Shown in pieces: positions 16,600 to 27,400 of a DNA stretch of 53,222 nucleotides. Origin of the DNA: a virus (Duplodnaviria > Caudoviricetes); IMG/VR virus record IMGVR_UViG_3300009566_000017, positions 1 through 53,222 of that record; one strand, written 5' to 3'. Within the stretch, counting starts at the first letter, position 1. Each line of letters opens with the position of its first letter. The position numbers and the translations under genes are program-made. Below the pieces are notes generated by a model. That model was given only the letters and a program-made list of their open reading frames with translations, was not told the DNA's origin and did no database searches.

Positions 16600-18968
16600 C
16601 AGCGTATCCGTATCCTGAGCCGTTTTTTGATTGAGGGCGAAGGCGGATCGGGATCTGGGTCTGGATCGGGCGTTCCCCCATCCGTATATTGCCTCGCCCC
16701 GATGTCGTCGCCCCACCCGAGGTCTGTCCCCGCGTTGATGCACGGAGAATCAGACTGAAGGTTGAAATCCGCGAGCTTCACATGACCTGCCGCAGAGTCC
16801 CATGGCGATGCTACAAACAGCGGGTTCTGCCCAGAAACATCGTGTGCGCCGCTCATTACCGCATCGGTGCCGGAGAGCGCGACCGACCAGAGGTTGTAAT
16901 CGGAATATGTCGTGCCGCCCGGTGTCTCGTCGCTCTGGGAGAAACAGTCCAGGCCGGTAGTGTCGAGCTGCGCTATGATGTTGTTCTTGAATGTGACGTT
17001 GTTGAACGGAACGGTGTTCCAGAGATATGTCGTCCCGCCGTCGTACCACGAGCAAATGAACGTGTTGTTGGCCACGATAAAGTTTGTCGGCCCATCAGCG
17101 AGAGCGAACACGGTACCGCCGCCCATCGCGACGTTGTTGATCACGGTGTCTCTTGAAAACGTGAAGCCCACGTATGCCTCGTTCCAGATGCCAAAAGACA
17201 CGTCACCGTAAATGCCGGACGCGGGAATCCGGCGCATCATCCAGGTGTTGTAGGCCAGGTTTCTCTGGAACTTGCTGTCTTCGCACAAGAGCATGTAGAG
17301 AGAGACCGAATAGGTGTTGTAAACGACATTGTCCTCGACGAGCGCTCCCTTGCAAATGCGGTGCGTGAGTCCTTCGCCCCAGATGTTGTAGAGCGTGTTC
17401 CTGCGCGAGATCGGATACAGCACCGTATCGACGACGCGCCATTGCCCCTCGATCTCGCTGCCATAACCCGCGACGAAGATTCCGACCCCCCAGGGCCCGT
17501 AGGGGAAGTTGTTGTAGCTCGGCTCATACCGTGCAGCATAGTTGTCCAGATAGACATCGTGAACAAGGCAGTCTTCGATGATCGGATAATCGCCGGAAGC
17601 GGCAATCCCCGACCCGCCCAGGTTGTGAATGTTCAAGCTGTCCACGGTCACATGGTCACCCGCAATCTGCACACCGCGGATGTTTCCCAGATCGCTATCC
17701 GTGTTGCGGATTTCCAGCCCGACGCAGTCCCAGTAATTCGCGCTCAGAGCAACCACCCCCCAGTTGTCGAGCCAGGATTCCCAGTAGGCAGCTCCACCCG
17801 ACCACTTTGAGAAATCGCCGTCGATGATCGGCTGCTCGCCGGGATAGCGCTGGATGACAATGTGCGCGTTTGCCGTCCCGTCGTTGTACCCCGGCTCTGC
17901 GTAGATATTCTGGTAGTACACTCCCCCTCTGACGAAGAGCGTGTCTCCCGCTTCAAGCAGAGGCAAAGCATGAGCGAACGTCGCCCAGGGACTTCCAATG
18001 GAGCCATCGTCGCTATCGCTACCATCGACGGCAATAAAGCGTGCGTTCGCCGAGGGTTCATACCCACTGCCTTCGGGACCATCCCACCCAGCCAGTCGCG
18101 CCCAGAGCCACCACGCGGCTCCCGCCTTTACGATGCAGTTTAACGCGTACGAGTGGTCGCAATCTGTACACAGGGAAGCCAGCGTCGCCATCTCCGAATC
18201 GGGGTTTGCCGCCACCCAGTTCACTCCCCAGTTCTGGTCACGACTCCCATTGTTGTCGCTGTCGTAATCCAGCGTGTCGTCCATATTGTACGCCGTATAG
18301 TTTGTCGTGCCATGGGGAGCATAGCTTTCTATGTCGGCATAGTCGTAGAGGACCTTGTGGTTCGTGTAGCAGAAATCCCGGATCTGCTCGTTGTTCTGGT
18401 TCGCCGTTCCCGATGTGCCATAGCCATCGGCTGGTCCAGTCATGTACACGAACTGGATACTGGGATACTCGCTTTCCAGCGAGTCCATGCCAAGCAGATA
18501 TTTGTCGATCTGCGCGGACGTTGCGGAGCCGATAGGCCAGCACCATGCCCACATCACTACGTTCCGGTCGTTCGTGCCGTCTCCGCCATTGAGCATCCAG
18601 CGTGTAGCCCACGTGAAACCGCCGTCTCCGTACCGAAGATCGTAGACCGAAAGAGGAGCCGCGGCGTCGTTGGCAGCAGTACCGGACCACACGTAGTTCA
18701 TAAACTTACCGGCGGTGAGCCCGTTGGACCACATCTCGACATTGAACCTCGAGATTTCATCCGCCATCACGTACATTCCGGAGATCAGCTGGTGACCGTG
18801 CGACGTATTGGCGTAGCCGATCTTGAGCTTCGCTTTTGCACTGTCCACCCAGTTGTTCGGAATCTGGTTGTAGTAGATGCAGTCATGGTCGACAAGAATG
18901 CCGTACTGGGCGTGGCCGAGCACGCTCACCAGCATAAGGAGCGATAATGTCAATGTGCGCATCATCAT
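16599..18968 (-). CDS. Signal-peptide protein: SGNH-like N-terminal domain plus right-handed beta-helix (pectin-lyase-like)
   Basis: Signal MMRTLTLSLLMLVSVLGHA|Q; TSHGHQL...DCDH domain; GSDSDDGSIGSPWAT...GDTLFVRGGVY beta-helix entry; SPCINAG...DIGA cap; (PD)n linker and basic tail. Confidence 0.7.
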   Translation of the reverse strand: MMMRTLTLSLLMLVSVLGHAQYGILVDHDCIYYNQIPNNWVDSAKAKLKIGYANTSHGHQLISGMYVMADEISRFNVEMWSNGLTAGKFMNYVWSGTAANDAAAPLSVYDLRYGDGGFTWATRWMLNGGDGTNDRNVVMWAWCWPIGSATSAQIDKYLLGMDSLESEYPSIQFVYMTGPADGYGTSGTANQNNEQIRDFCYTNHKVLYDYADIESYAPHGTTNYTAYNMDDTLDYDSDNNGSRDQNWGVNWVAANPDSEMATLASLCTDCDHSYALNCIVKAGAAWWLWARLAGWDGPEGSGYEPSANARFIAVDGSDSDDGSIGSPWATFAHALPLLEAGDTLFVRGGVYYQNIYAEPGYNDGTANAHIVIQRYPGEQPIIDGDFSKWSGGAAYWESWLDNWGVVALSANYWDCVGLEIRNTDSDLGNIRGVQIAGDHVTVDSLNIHNLGGSGIAASGDYPIIEDCLVHDVYLDNYAARYEPSYNNFPYGPWGVGIFVAGYGSEIEGQWRVVDTVLYPISRRNTLYNIWGEGLTHRICKGALVEDNVVYNTYSVSLYMLLCEDSKFQRNLAYNTWMMRRIPASGIYGDVSFGIWNEAYVGFTFSRDTVINNVAMGGGTVFALADGPTNFIVANNTFICSWYDGGTTYLWNTVPFNNVTFKNNIIAQLDTTGLDCFSQSDETPGGTTYSDYNLWSVALSGTDAVMSGAHDVSGQNPLFVASPWDSAAGHVKLADFNLQSDSPCINAGTDLGWGDDIGARQYTDGGTPDPDPDPDPPSPSIKKRLRIRIR

Positions 18969-21166
18969 GGGTTCGCCGGTTTGAGAGAGACAGCTACCTG
19001 CCCGCACAGCCCTGACGCCGAATACACGTAGCGCATCAGCACCGATGTCGCTGGCGTGCCCTTGGACATGTACACGTCGGTGACATCGCCGCTACTGTTC
19101 ACCATCGCCAACAGCGTTTGGTTCCACCAGATTGGGACGTAGTACGCACATCCCATCCCCAGCACCAGCTCGTTGGTTGCGCTTGAGACGGTGACCTCTG
19201 ACGTGTCATTCGTCTGATGCGCCATGACATACCCAGAGAAGGGAGTTGTCTGGTGCAGCCCCGTCACGTTCATAGAGATGGCAGAACACTCGCTCGGAGC
19301 GGATGCCATCGTCACCAGCACGGTGTCGGTTCCAACAGCGGGTTGCAGGATGTACCACAGTTCCCCGATAAGATTTTCGTTCGTCCTGCGCGCCGTGCCG
19401 ATCTTCGTCATGTTCCGCCGTCCACCGGCTTCCCCGAGCTGCATAGCGGAGACGCTGTCCTGGCCAGACTTGTAGTTGGCAACAGCAACGAAGAGGCCGC
19501 GATTGTCACCGGCGGCAATCGTATGGGGCCAGCTATTGGTTGCCGTCCAGAAGTTCGTTGTCTTGACAGAGTCCACTATCGCCACCGGGACCGACGGAGA
19601 TGCGACGTTGCTGCGTGTCACCACCGAAATCATCGGGTTGTTCTGCTTTTTTCTCCGGAGAAGCTGTTCGGTCGTCGGCTGATACTCATACGCTCCTATG
19701 TCTGGAGTGCCCTGTATCGGGTTGCCCAGTATATCGCGGGTGTACCCGAGGTTGGCCCCCGCATCCCGGCAGGAAGAAGAAGCGGAGAGTGCAAAGTTCG
19801 ACGTGGAGACGAACCCCGAAACCCCGACGCGGGAATGTGCGTCCTGACCCGTAGCAGACTGATACGTTGCAAACTGGGCGGGAGTGTAGTTCGTCCGATT
19901 GTAGTAAAACATCGTCTGACCGCTTGTGTGACGATAGGAATTGTTGTCGAACGTTATGGCAGCGAGCTGCGCGGCCGTCAGCCAGTAGCTGGCATGCATG
20001 ATCTGTCCCGTAGTCCCACCGCCCTCCGAAAACGTACCGCTGACCACGAGAGCACTGTCGAAAATGTTGTTCCTGATGAAGATGTTCGAGAGTGTCGCGC
20101 TGTCGCAGTAGCCGATCTTGAATTGCATACACCCGGCAGAATCTGCTCGCTGCGTCGCCCACCCCCCGAGATTGATGCAGGTGTTGTTCTCGAAGAATAT
20201 GCTGTCGGCGGTTGAAGTCTGTCCCCCACGTATCCAGAAGGACATTGACGCGTAAGCACAACGCTGGAATAGGTTGTGATGGATGCGCACCCGTTTTCTC
20301 ACATGGCCCGCTGCCAGCCCCTGCAACGTCAGACCCTCGTCATACACCTGGTCGAATGTGCAGTATCGCATCGTGATGTCCGTCCCGGACTCCCAGAATT
20401 GTACGGCATTGCCATAGCGCAGACTGTCCGCAATAACCTGGAGAGCGCCGCCAATCCATGCAAAGTCGCAGTTCTGGATGAGCACGTCATCTGTGCCAGA
20501 TGCGGTCATGATCCCCATCACTCCACCGTACCTGAACGACAGACCGTCGATCACAATGTGGTCTCTCCCGCTGATATAGAACAACGCATCCCTGTTGGTT
20601 CCTGGCGTCCAGCGGCCTATGACCTCGATGTCCGAGTAGACGCTCGCCGGATTTCCCACTGAGTAGATGTAGACGAGACTGTCTGACCTACTGAACCAGA
20701 AATCACCCTGGTTCACGCATTGGTACTTTGAGGTCATCCGCTTCCGGCCCCATGAAGTCCCACCGTTGAAAACGAGGTTGGCCACATCCGGGAAATTGAA
20801 CCCGACCTGATTGAACTTGGCCGCTGACTTCCAGATGTTGCCAGCGTCGTTTGTCCAGTCGTCAGTCGTGGATTTGTTGGCGCTCCCCATGATGACAGGT
20901 TTCGCACCAGTCCCATACGAACTGAAGACCACCGGATTTCCGGCAGCCCCGCCCTGCCCTGGATCGAGTCCCTCTCTCCACGTTGATCCGCACTTGAGGA
21001 AGACTCCATCGCCAGCGGCGAGTGTCGTGGCGTTGACCTTTGCCAGCGTAGCCCACGCCGTTCCGTCCGAGGTTCCTGCCGCCGCATCGCTTCCCCCGTT
21101 CTTGACGTAGTAGTTCGTCGAGTAGGCCAGCGAGGTGCAGAAGACTATGAGCGCGGGTAGTCTCAT
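18965..21166 (-). CDS. Signal-peptide right-handed beta-helix protein with a C-terminal beta-sandwich domain
   Basis: Signal MRLPALIVFCTSLAYS|TNYYV; GSDAAAGTSDGTAWAT...GDGVFLKCG; beta-helix repeats; PDIGAYEY. Confidence 0.72.
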   Translation of the reverse strand: MRLPALIVFCTSLAYSTNYYVKNGGSDAAAGTSDGTAWATLAKVNATTLAAGDGVFLKCGSTWREGLDPGQGGAAGNPVVFSSYGTGAKPVIMGSANKSTTDDWTNDAGNIWKSAAKFNQVGFNFPDVANLVFNGGTSWGRKRMTSKYQCVNQGDFWFSRSDSLVYIYSVGNPASVYSDIEVIGRWTPGTNRDALFYISGRDHIVIDGLSFRYGGVMGIMTASGTDDVLIQNCDFAWIGGALQVIADSLRYGNAVQFWESGTDITMRYCTFDQVYDEGLTLQGLAAGHVRKRVRIHHNLFQRCAYASMSFWIRGGQTSTADSIFFENNTCINLGGWATQRADSAGCMQFKIGYCDSATLSNIFIRNNIFDSALVVSGTFSEGGGTTGQIMHASYWLTAAQLAAITFDNNSYRHTSGQTMFYYNRTNYTPAQFATYQSATGQDAHSRVGVSGFVSTSNFALSASSSCRDAGANLGYTRDILGNPIQGTPDIGAYEYQPTTEQLLRRKKQNNPMISVVTRSNVASPSVPVAIVDSVKTTNFWTATNSWPHTIAAGDNRGLFVAVANYKSGQDSVSAMQLGEAGGRRNMTKIGTARRTNENLIGELWYILQPAVGTDTVLVTMASAPSECSAISMNVTGLHQTTPFSGYVMAHQTNDTSEVTVSSATNELVLGMGCAYYVPIWWNQTLLAMVNSSGDVTDVYMSKGTPATSVLMRYVYSASGLCGQVAVSLKPANP

Positions 21167-23886
21167 TTGCCTATGTACTTTTTCGTTCTACTGTAGACGG
21201 TAGAGACTTCTGTCGCAGACAACGCCTTCTTGTAGATTGCAGCGAACGAGAACTTGATCGGTGTAGAGTACCGCCCATCGGATGTGCGTTCGCTCCCAAA
21301 ACAGAACCACGTAGGATTGATCGCGCCAACGTCTGTAACATTTGTCGGGCCTGCGACCAGAGCACCATCCTTGTATGTCCTCACGGAGTCGTTGGCATAG
21401 ACGAACGCCCAGACGTGCCCCGCCTTGAACGTATCGGCGTATGCGGTATAGTCTGCGGAATGTCCCCATCGGAAGAACGTGGCGGTGCGATTATCGGACA
21501 TCATGTCGTTGTAGTAGCTGTACCGTACCTCCTCGTCGCTGGTATTGATGACGAAGTGCCAGTCTACCGTGCTCGTGGAATCGAAGGCCATGCCAAGGAC
21601 GATCGTGTTGGCTACATTGTCCCCCCGCAGATACTTGACCACCGAGTCCGCGGTCATCGTCTGCTTACCAGCGTCAGTCGTCGTCAAAGCGGGATACGTC
21701 CCGAAGACGTTGGTCTTGTAGACAAACCGCCTCCCTGTTCCAGAGGGAGCGACGAGGTCGACCTGTCCCGTGCAGGTATCCGGTACTGTCCCGATAGAAT
21801 CACCATTGCTGGCGGTCAACCAGTTTGTGTTCACGTACCATTTGAGAGAATCTATTTCGTCCAGAGAATCCGGCAGATAGTGAGGAACAGTTGGGGATCT
21901 GTACCCCCACGCACGAAGCTGGAGATTCGTCGGTTGCGCCGCCGTCTCCGTCAGAGCGGGCCAGAGGAAGTTCCCTGGCGGCACCCTCGGGTTTGCAAAT
22001 GTCGTTGTCGAATTGCCCACCGTCGTGTTTGTCACCGTGAGCGCCGTGGAGTTCACGTCCGTGGGCGTTGCGTCAAATTCGTTTACGTCAAAGCGAAACT
22101 TCACGTCCACATCGGGGCTGGACCCATGCACCGTACCCGCGATGCGTGTGATCACCAGCGTGTCGGTTCCATAGTTGTCCAACGACGGCAGCATGTATCC
22201 CTGCCGGAACAGCGCGGTGTCTGTCGGCATGCCGATGCCTATCGACGTAGCATACAGAAGCACGGTATCCTCGGAAACGCCCCCGGTGTTTTGATCCACG
22301 GCGATCTTCACGGTGCTATCGGACGGATCGTACCACAGTTTGCTTGTTGTCGCGGTTCCGCCTTCCGCACCTGTCAAGTCGAGTCTCGCCATAGTCCCAA
22401 GAGAATCGCTGATCCACTTCTTGACGCTATCAGCGGAGACACCGCTGCCACCTGGCGGAGCAGCCCAGTTCCCATCAGCGCGCAGGTAGTTTGTCGTCCC
22501 ACCACCGGAAGCTCCAACAACGCCAGCGTTGCTCGTCCCGAATGTCTGCACCTTGCTTCCGGAGAGCGTGCCGTCGGCAAGATCGTCCAGATCTGAATCC
22601 TTTGCCTGGTAGGCTGCCGCCGCATCAGAGGGTGTGAGGTAAGTGGATGAATCGGACTTGTCCAACTTCGCCGCCAGCGATGTCCCCAGACCAGCGGTGT
22701 CACTGGGCGTCGCACTCACTACACCACTTGCTGCGCGAAGCGTTCCCGTTAATCCTGTTGGCAATGTCAGAACCTGGTTGGTATCAATCTTCATTACCAG
22801 GGTGTTGTGTGCATAAAAGGATAGACCATAGCCGGTGTTTCCATAGAGTCGGACAAACTTATCCGCTCCAGAAGCATCACCCAAGCGCCATACGGTAACT
22901 CCAGCAGAATCTTGCCCGACGATACTCAACAAAAGGTCGTCTTGATTCTTGTTATAATACGGTGTCTTGTAGAACAGCGAACCCGCGCTTGAGGCGGGAA
23001 ATAGGGTGGTTAATGTTAAGCTCGTCCCTGTCGCTGCGCCAAGATTGGGGGAAACAAGTGCGCGTGTGCCGCCTGAGACTGCGGCAAGAGAATCGGCCAC
23101 CCGCTTCCTGACCGAATAGGGCGTTGCCACTTCTGTCGTATCAACGGCAAGATGCAATGAGTCGGCCACCCCTCCACCTGTGATCCCGTATCCATCCGTG
23201 ACTGCGGTGATGTCGCCCCCGCCAATACCATAGCCCTGCAACTGTACCCATGCCTGGATCGAAGCCTTGAGCGTGCTCGAATCAGCGGGGACCAGATATG
23301 TCCCGGCAGCCTGCTTGCCAGCGATCAACGTCTTGACGTATGCAAGGAAATTCACCGAGTCGGCCGCAGAGAGTTTGCCAGCGATGAGCTGCTTGGCGTA
23401 GTTCAACGCTGCCACAGAGTCCCAGCCGATCGTCACAACGCCAGAAGCGCCGCCGCCCGTGATCGGAGACGTGACCGACACACCCTCGATGTCGCCGCTA
23501 CCCACGCCGTACCCCTGAGACTGGATCCATGCAAGGATCGAGTTCTTGAGCGTGACCGTGTCGCCAGGAAGCAGATACCCATAATGCGCCAGATACCAGT
23601 GCGTTGCCACGCGGTTGGTGTCTACCACCAGATTATCATCGTCCAGCAGAAGCTCTGGGGCCAGACCAACGGGACGTATCACGCCTCCAATGTCAGCCAT
23701 GAGCAGAGTCGGGGCGCCTGGGCGCACGTAGAGACGAGCACCGCCGTGCAGGCGCAGCTCGCCCTGAACCATCGTTGTATCGCCCAGGAACGGGAGGATC
23801 TTGTTTGCCCTAATCTGCCAGTTCTGCCCGTAGGCGATCGCTGCCAGAAACATCAGGGCTATGAGAGTCTTTGCCTTGCCTGCCAT
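21163..23886 (-). CDS. Signal-peptide tail-fibre-like protein with a C-terminal LamG/ConA-like domain
   Basis: Signal MAGKAKTLIALMFLAAIAYG|Q; fibre motifs GDITAV..G.GITGGG and NYLRADGNWAAP; C-terminal TYKDG...AIYKKALSATEV LamG-like ending; start reassigned to ATG 23886. Confidence 0.65.
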   Translation of the reverse strand: MAGKAKTLIALMFLAAIAYGQNWQIRANKILPFLGDTTMVQGELRLHGGARLYVRPGAPTLLMADIGGVIRPVGLAPELLLDDDNLVVDTNRVATHWYLAHYGYLLPGDTVTLKNSILAWIQSQGYGVGSGDIEGVSVTSPITGGGASGVVTIGWDSVAALNYAKQLIAGKLSAADSVNFLAYVKTLIAGKQAAGTYLVPADSSTLKASIQAWVQLQGYGIGGGDITAVTDGYGITGGGVADSLHLAVDTTEVATPYSVRKRVADSLAAVSGGTRALVSPNLGAATGTSLTLTTLFPASSAGSLFYKTPYYNKNQDDLLLSIVGQDSAGVTVWRLGDASGADKFVRLYGNTGYGLSFYAHNTLVMKIDTNQVLTLPTGLTGTLRAASGVVSATPSDTAGLGTSLAAKLDKSDSSTYLTPSDAAAAYQAKDSDLDDLADGTLSGSKVQTFGTSNAGVVGASGGGTTNYLRADGNWAAPPGGSGVSADSVKKWISDSLGTMARLDLTGAEGGTATTSKLWYDPSDSTVKIAVDQNTGGVSEDTVLLYATSIGIGMPTDTALFRQGYMLPSLDNYGTDTLVITRIAGTVHGSSPDVDVKFRFDVNEFDATPTDVNSTALTVTNTTVGNSTTTFANPRVPPGNFLWPALTETAAQPTNLQLRAWGYRSPTVPHYLPDSLDEIDSLKWYVNTNWLTASNGDSIGTVPDTCTGQVDLVAPSGTGRRFVYKTNVFGTYPALTTTDAGKQTMTADSVVKYLRGDNVANTIVLGMAFDSTSTVDWHFVINTSDEEVRYSYYNDMMSDNRTATFFRWGHSADYTAYADTFKAGHVWAFVYANDSVRTYKDGALVAGPTNVTDVGAINPTWFCFGSERTSDGRYSTPIKFSFAAIYKKALSATEVSTVYSRTKKYIGK

Positions 23887-24185
23887 GAAACGCGCGCTCC
23901 TTCTTCGTCTGCAACGAGTGAAAGACCGGTAGTTGTGCGATCGACAATGCGCGCACGCACGAGATACGAACCATCGGCGCTGCACGCGTACACGATACCG
24001 GGGACGTAGTCGCCTTCGTCGGCAAACGACGTCGCAAACAATACCGTCACGGGTGTGGTACCGACGATGGCCTCACCGAATTCGTCGTGAACGGTTGGCT
24101 CACCGGGAGTGGCCGGGGTGGTAAGTTCACGCCCGACCACTCTCGTGTAGGTAGCCACACCACCAGGATTGACCCGGCGGATCAT
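23859..24185 (-). CDS. Small fibre-associated protein (108 aa), paralog-like to 27766..28152
   Basis: VTVLFATSFAD..DYV...VSWQA resembles VTITFERAFADTNYVV...IGWLAIG. Confidence 0.5.
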   Translation of the reverse strand: MIRRVNPGGVATYTRVVGRELTTPATPGEPTVHDEFGEAIVGTTPVTVLFATSFADEGDYVPGIVYACSADGSYLVRARIVDRTTTGLSLVADEEGARVSWQARQRLS

Positions 24186-24186
24186 A

Positions 24187-24402
24187 CTATTCGACCTCGG
24201 GCGGTACGGTTGCCAGGTCCTTTTTCCGCTGGAACAACGAGATGAGCGCACCGACGGCGAACATCAGAAGACCGATCAGCACTTCCTCGATGGCTCCGGT
24301 GGAAACACCGATGGCTCCGATTGCGCCAGCGCCGACCTTCATGACCCAGCGCACGATGAACAACACGATGGTCTGCACGATTGCTTTGAGTTCAGGTGAC
24401 AT
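24187..24402 (-). CDS. Small two-TM membrane protein (holin-like)
   Basis: 71 aa, two hydrophobic helices and a basic C-terminus; AGGAG RBS. Confidence 0.55.
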   Translation of the reverse strand: MSPELKAIVQTIVLFIVRWVMKVGAGAIGAIGVSTGAIEEVLIGLLMFAVGALISLFQRKKDLATVPPEVE

Positions 24403-24424
24403 GATATAGCTCCTTTGTGTTTGG

Positions 24425-27400
24425 TTAACGTTGAACAGCGCCTATGTCGTCCCACTTCTTGCCCTTGCGGAACAGATACACTCCGTCACCTGTATTCCAG
24501 GTGCGTGCGGACGAGAGCGTGATCACGTTCGTCGCATAGTTGACTGCCGTGATCCCTACCGGACTCGTCGCGGCGATCTGGATCGAATCCCCCACCACCC
24601 CGAACGCGCTCATGCCCATAGCATCGCGGAAGTAGTATGCGTCACCCACGGTGAGCGACGTACTGCCCGTTCCGCCAGCGCTGGCCGTCGTCAACGGGCC
24701 ACCGGCATCAATCAGAGGGCTGCCGCCAGCTGGAGTGAAGTCGTACAGCGTATGATTGCCCGTCGGATAGTTCGGCACGCTCGTGAAGCTCGGCGCCGTC
24801 TGCAACGAGTGCGCGTCCTTCCCCAGAACGCCAGAAGCAAAGTGCCCCTGCCACAGCGCCAGACCGGCGATCTCTTGCCAGCCCGATGCGTAGTAGCTGA
24901 ACAGCGGGGTCCCAGTCGTCTGGTAATACAGGTTGTAGTCGATGTCCAGAGCGCTGTTTGAGGCGCTGGACTGCACGTACACGTAGTCGTTCACCAGCGC
25001 ATTGTTCTTGACCGCGTTGCCGTAGGCCACGCCCCAGTGTGAAATGTCGGAGCAGTTGTTGGTCGTGTCTCCGGCAATGCCTCGCCTGTTGTTGATCATC
25101 GTGTTGTTGTACGCCTTCCATCCAGGCCAGAACTGCGAGCCGAAGCTCCCCGCGTTGGAGTAGAAGATGTTCCCGTGCGCCACGACATGCTTGGAGGTGT
25201 CTCCAGCGCCAACCTCGAACGCCCCGCCGGATTTCCCCAGCTCCCCAGCAGCGAGCCAGGTGGGCGCCTTGAACCAACCGTCGTCCACTCCGGAGATCCG
25301 GTAGAAGTAATTGTCTTCGACCCGAACATGTCCCGTCGCCTTGAGGTCGATCCCGTTCTCGGCGTTGTCGCGGAACACGTTGTTGCGGACCAGATGCTTG
25401 AAGTGACGCGGTGTCGCCTGCTCGGCCGCCGTGCCGTAGTACGGCTGCCACTGGATGCCGTCCTCGCCCCAGGTGTTCTCGATCAGGTTGTTGTCCACCA
25501 GGATGGCAGGCGTATGGAACCCGGCCCCCACCGTATCCCACCCGATGATGATGGCGCACCATGACTGCTTCGCAAAGTGATTGTTCTTGATCCAGAAGAA
25601 CGACGTGTCGGTCCTGGCGGCAGTCATCACCAGCGAGTGCGACCATCCGGTGAGGTAGCACCCGTTCAGCGTGAACCGTTCACTGTTGTTGCCGACAGCG
25701 ATGGCGCGGTGCTCGACGTACCGGAACGCCTGCGCGTTGCAGTCCTCCAGCTCCTGCCGGAAGTCGCAGTACTGGAACGTCACACCAGATGACTGCGAGA
25801 TGTCCACGTGGTAGTTGTAGTTCTGCCAGTCGTCATGAATGACCCGTGCCATGGCAAACTTGATCCCCTGCACCTTGCAGTTGGTGACCGAGCTGGCCGT
25901 AGCGAAGTAATGGTCCCCCGAGCCGTTGCCCGTTACCGTCACCGCCTCTTTGGCGTAATTGGTGAACGTCACCCCGGATTTCAGGGCGATGGTTTCCGGG
26001 TATGTCCCAGCACGGATCACGATCGTATCGCCGCTGGTAGCAACGGCACGGGCACCCGCGATCGTATTGAACGGATTCCCGAAGGATCCGTCTCCACCGA
26101 CACCGCCCGATCTGTCCACCCAGTACGTGCCGTCGAGCACGCTGTCGGCATAAGCGACGCCATACCCTCCGCGCCATCCGGCGGTATCAGCGGGTGCGTA
26201 GGGTGATGCAGCCGTGACAATCGCGGAGTCCACGTTCGAGATCGCAGAGCTGTTCCCCGCAACATCGGATGACCGCATCGCCACATAGTAGGTGCCAGCG
26301 GCCAATCCAGTGAGGTCAAATGCCTCGGACACACCGGCAGCTTTCGGCGTCGGTTCGTTCTCGTATTGCGTTGCGTTGGCCCAGGCCGTCGACGCGGATC
26401 CGCCAGTAACAGCGCTCAGAGCAATGGCAGCGCTTGCGTAGTCTTCCCCGTTGAGCAGATAGTTCAGCGTCATCGTGACGCTGCCAGAAGCACCATCGCG
26501 ATAGCTCGAGGCACCGCACGCATCCACTCCTTCTCCGGCATAGTAGATGAAGCCCTGCGTCTGTCCCGCACCCCAGGTCGCGCTCGCGATGTCTGGATCG
26601 AGCGAATGGATGTCAATCAGGAATTCGCCCGTGACGGACGACGGGATGGTCACCGTGGAATAAGGCCACGCGACGCCCTCGCCACTGGCAGTCGTGCGCA
26701 CCGCGCTGACATTCGAGAGCTTGTAGACGCCCGCAACAACCTTCGGGGTCCCGGTGTAGTAGAAGGTGATCGTATGATACCCAGCTCCGGGTTCGTCCAG
26801 CGTCCAGATCTCCGCGCGCTGGTCAAGGCGCACACCGGCTGCCTGCTGCGTGAATCGTCCGGAAATCGAACTGACGACGGAATCGCAGGTCCAGGAATTC
26901 CAGTCGTATCCTCCGGTGACAGCAACGAACATCCCGTTCGCGGCTCCGCTGGTTCCCATGTACAGGACGGACGTCACCGTAGACGTACTCTCCTGGGACT
27001 TGAGCGAGTCCAGACTGATTGGCGAGCTGGCGCTCCCCGAGTCGCCGTACTCCGTGATCGTCGCGGTCGAATACCGGATGTCGTACGACGCCGCATTGCC
27101 GGGATTCGCGTTGGGCGCTGTGAATGCAAGCGACATCTTCCCCGCACCGCCGCTTGCGACAAGGTCGGCAACAGCGTTCGGGGCTATGCGATCGCTGGTC
27201 GGATACGTCGCCGTGTCCCCGTTCTCCAGCTGCGCCTGAAGCAAAGCAACCCGCACGCGTAGCGCGGTGATCGAATCTGTAGCCACGGCGAAGCGAGAGA
27301 CGGTCGAGGCTTTCTCTGCCGCCAGTTCCGATTGCAGTTCCCCGATATACCCCATACTGATCTCAAAGCCCTGGTCCGCGTAGCTGTACGCCAGGGAGTC

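Noticed and set aside
16640-16672. Short tandem repeat
   Set aside because: Encodes a (PD)n linker with synonymous variation; not a CRISPR or contingency repeat
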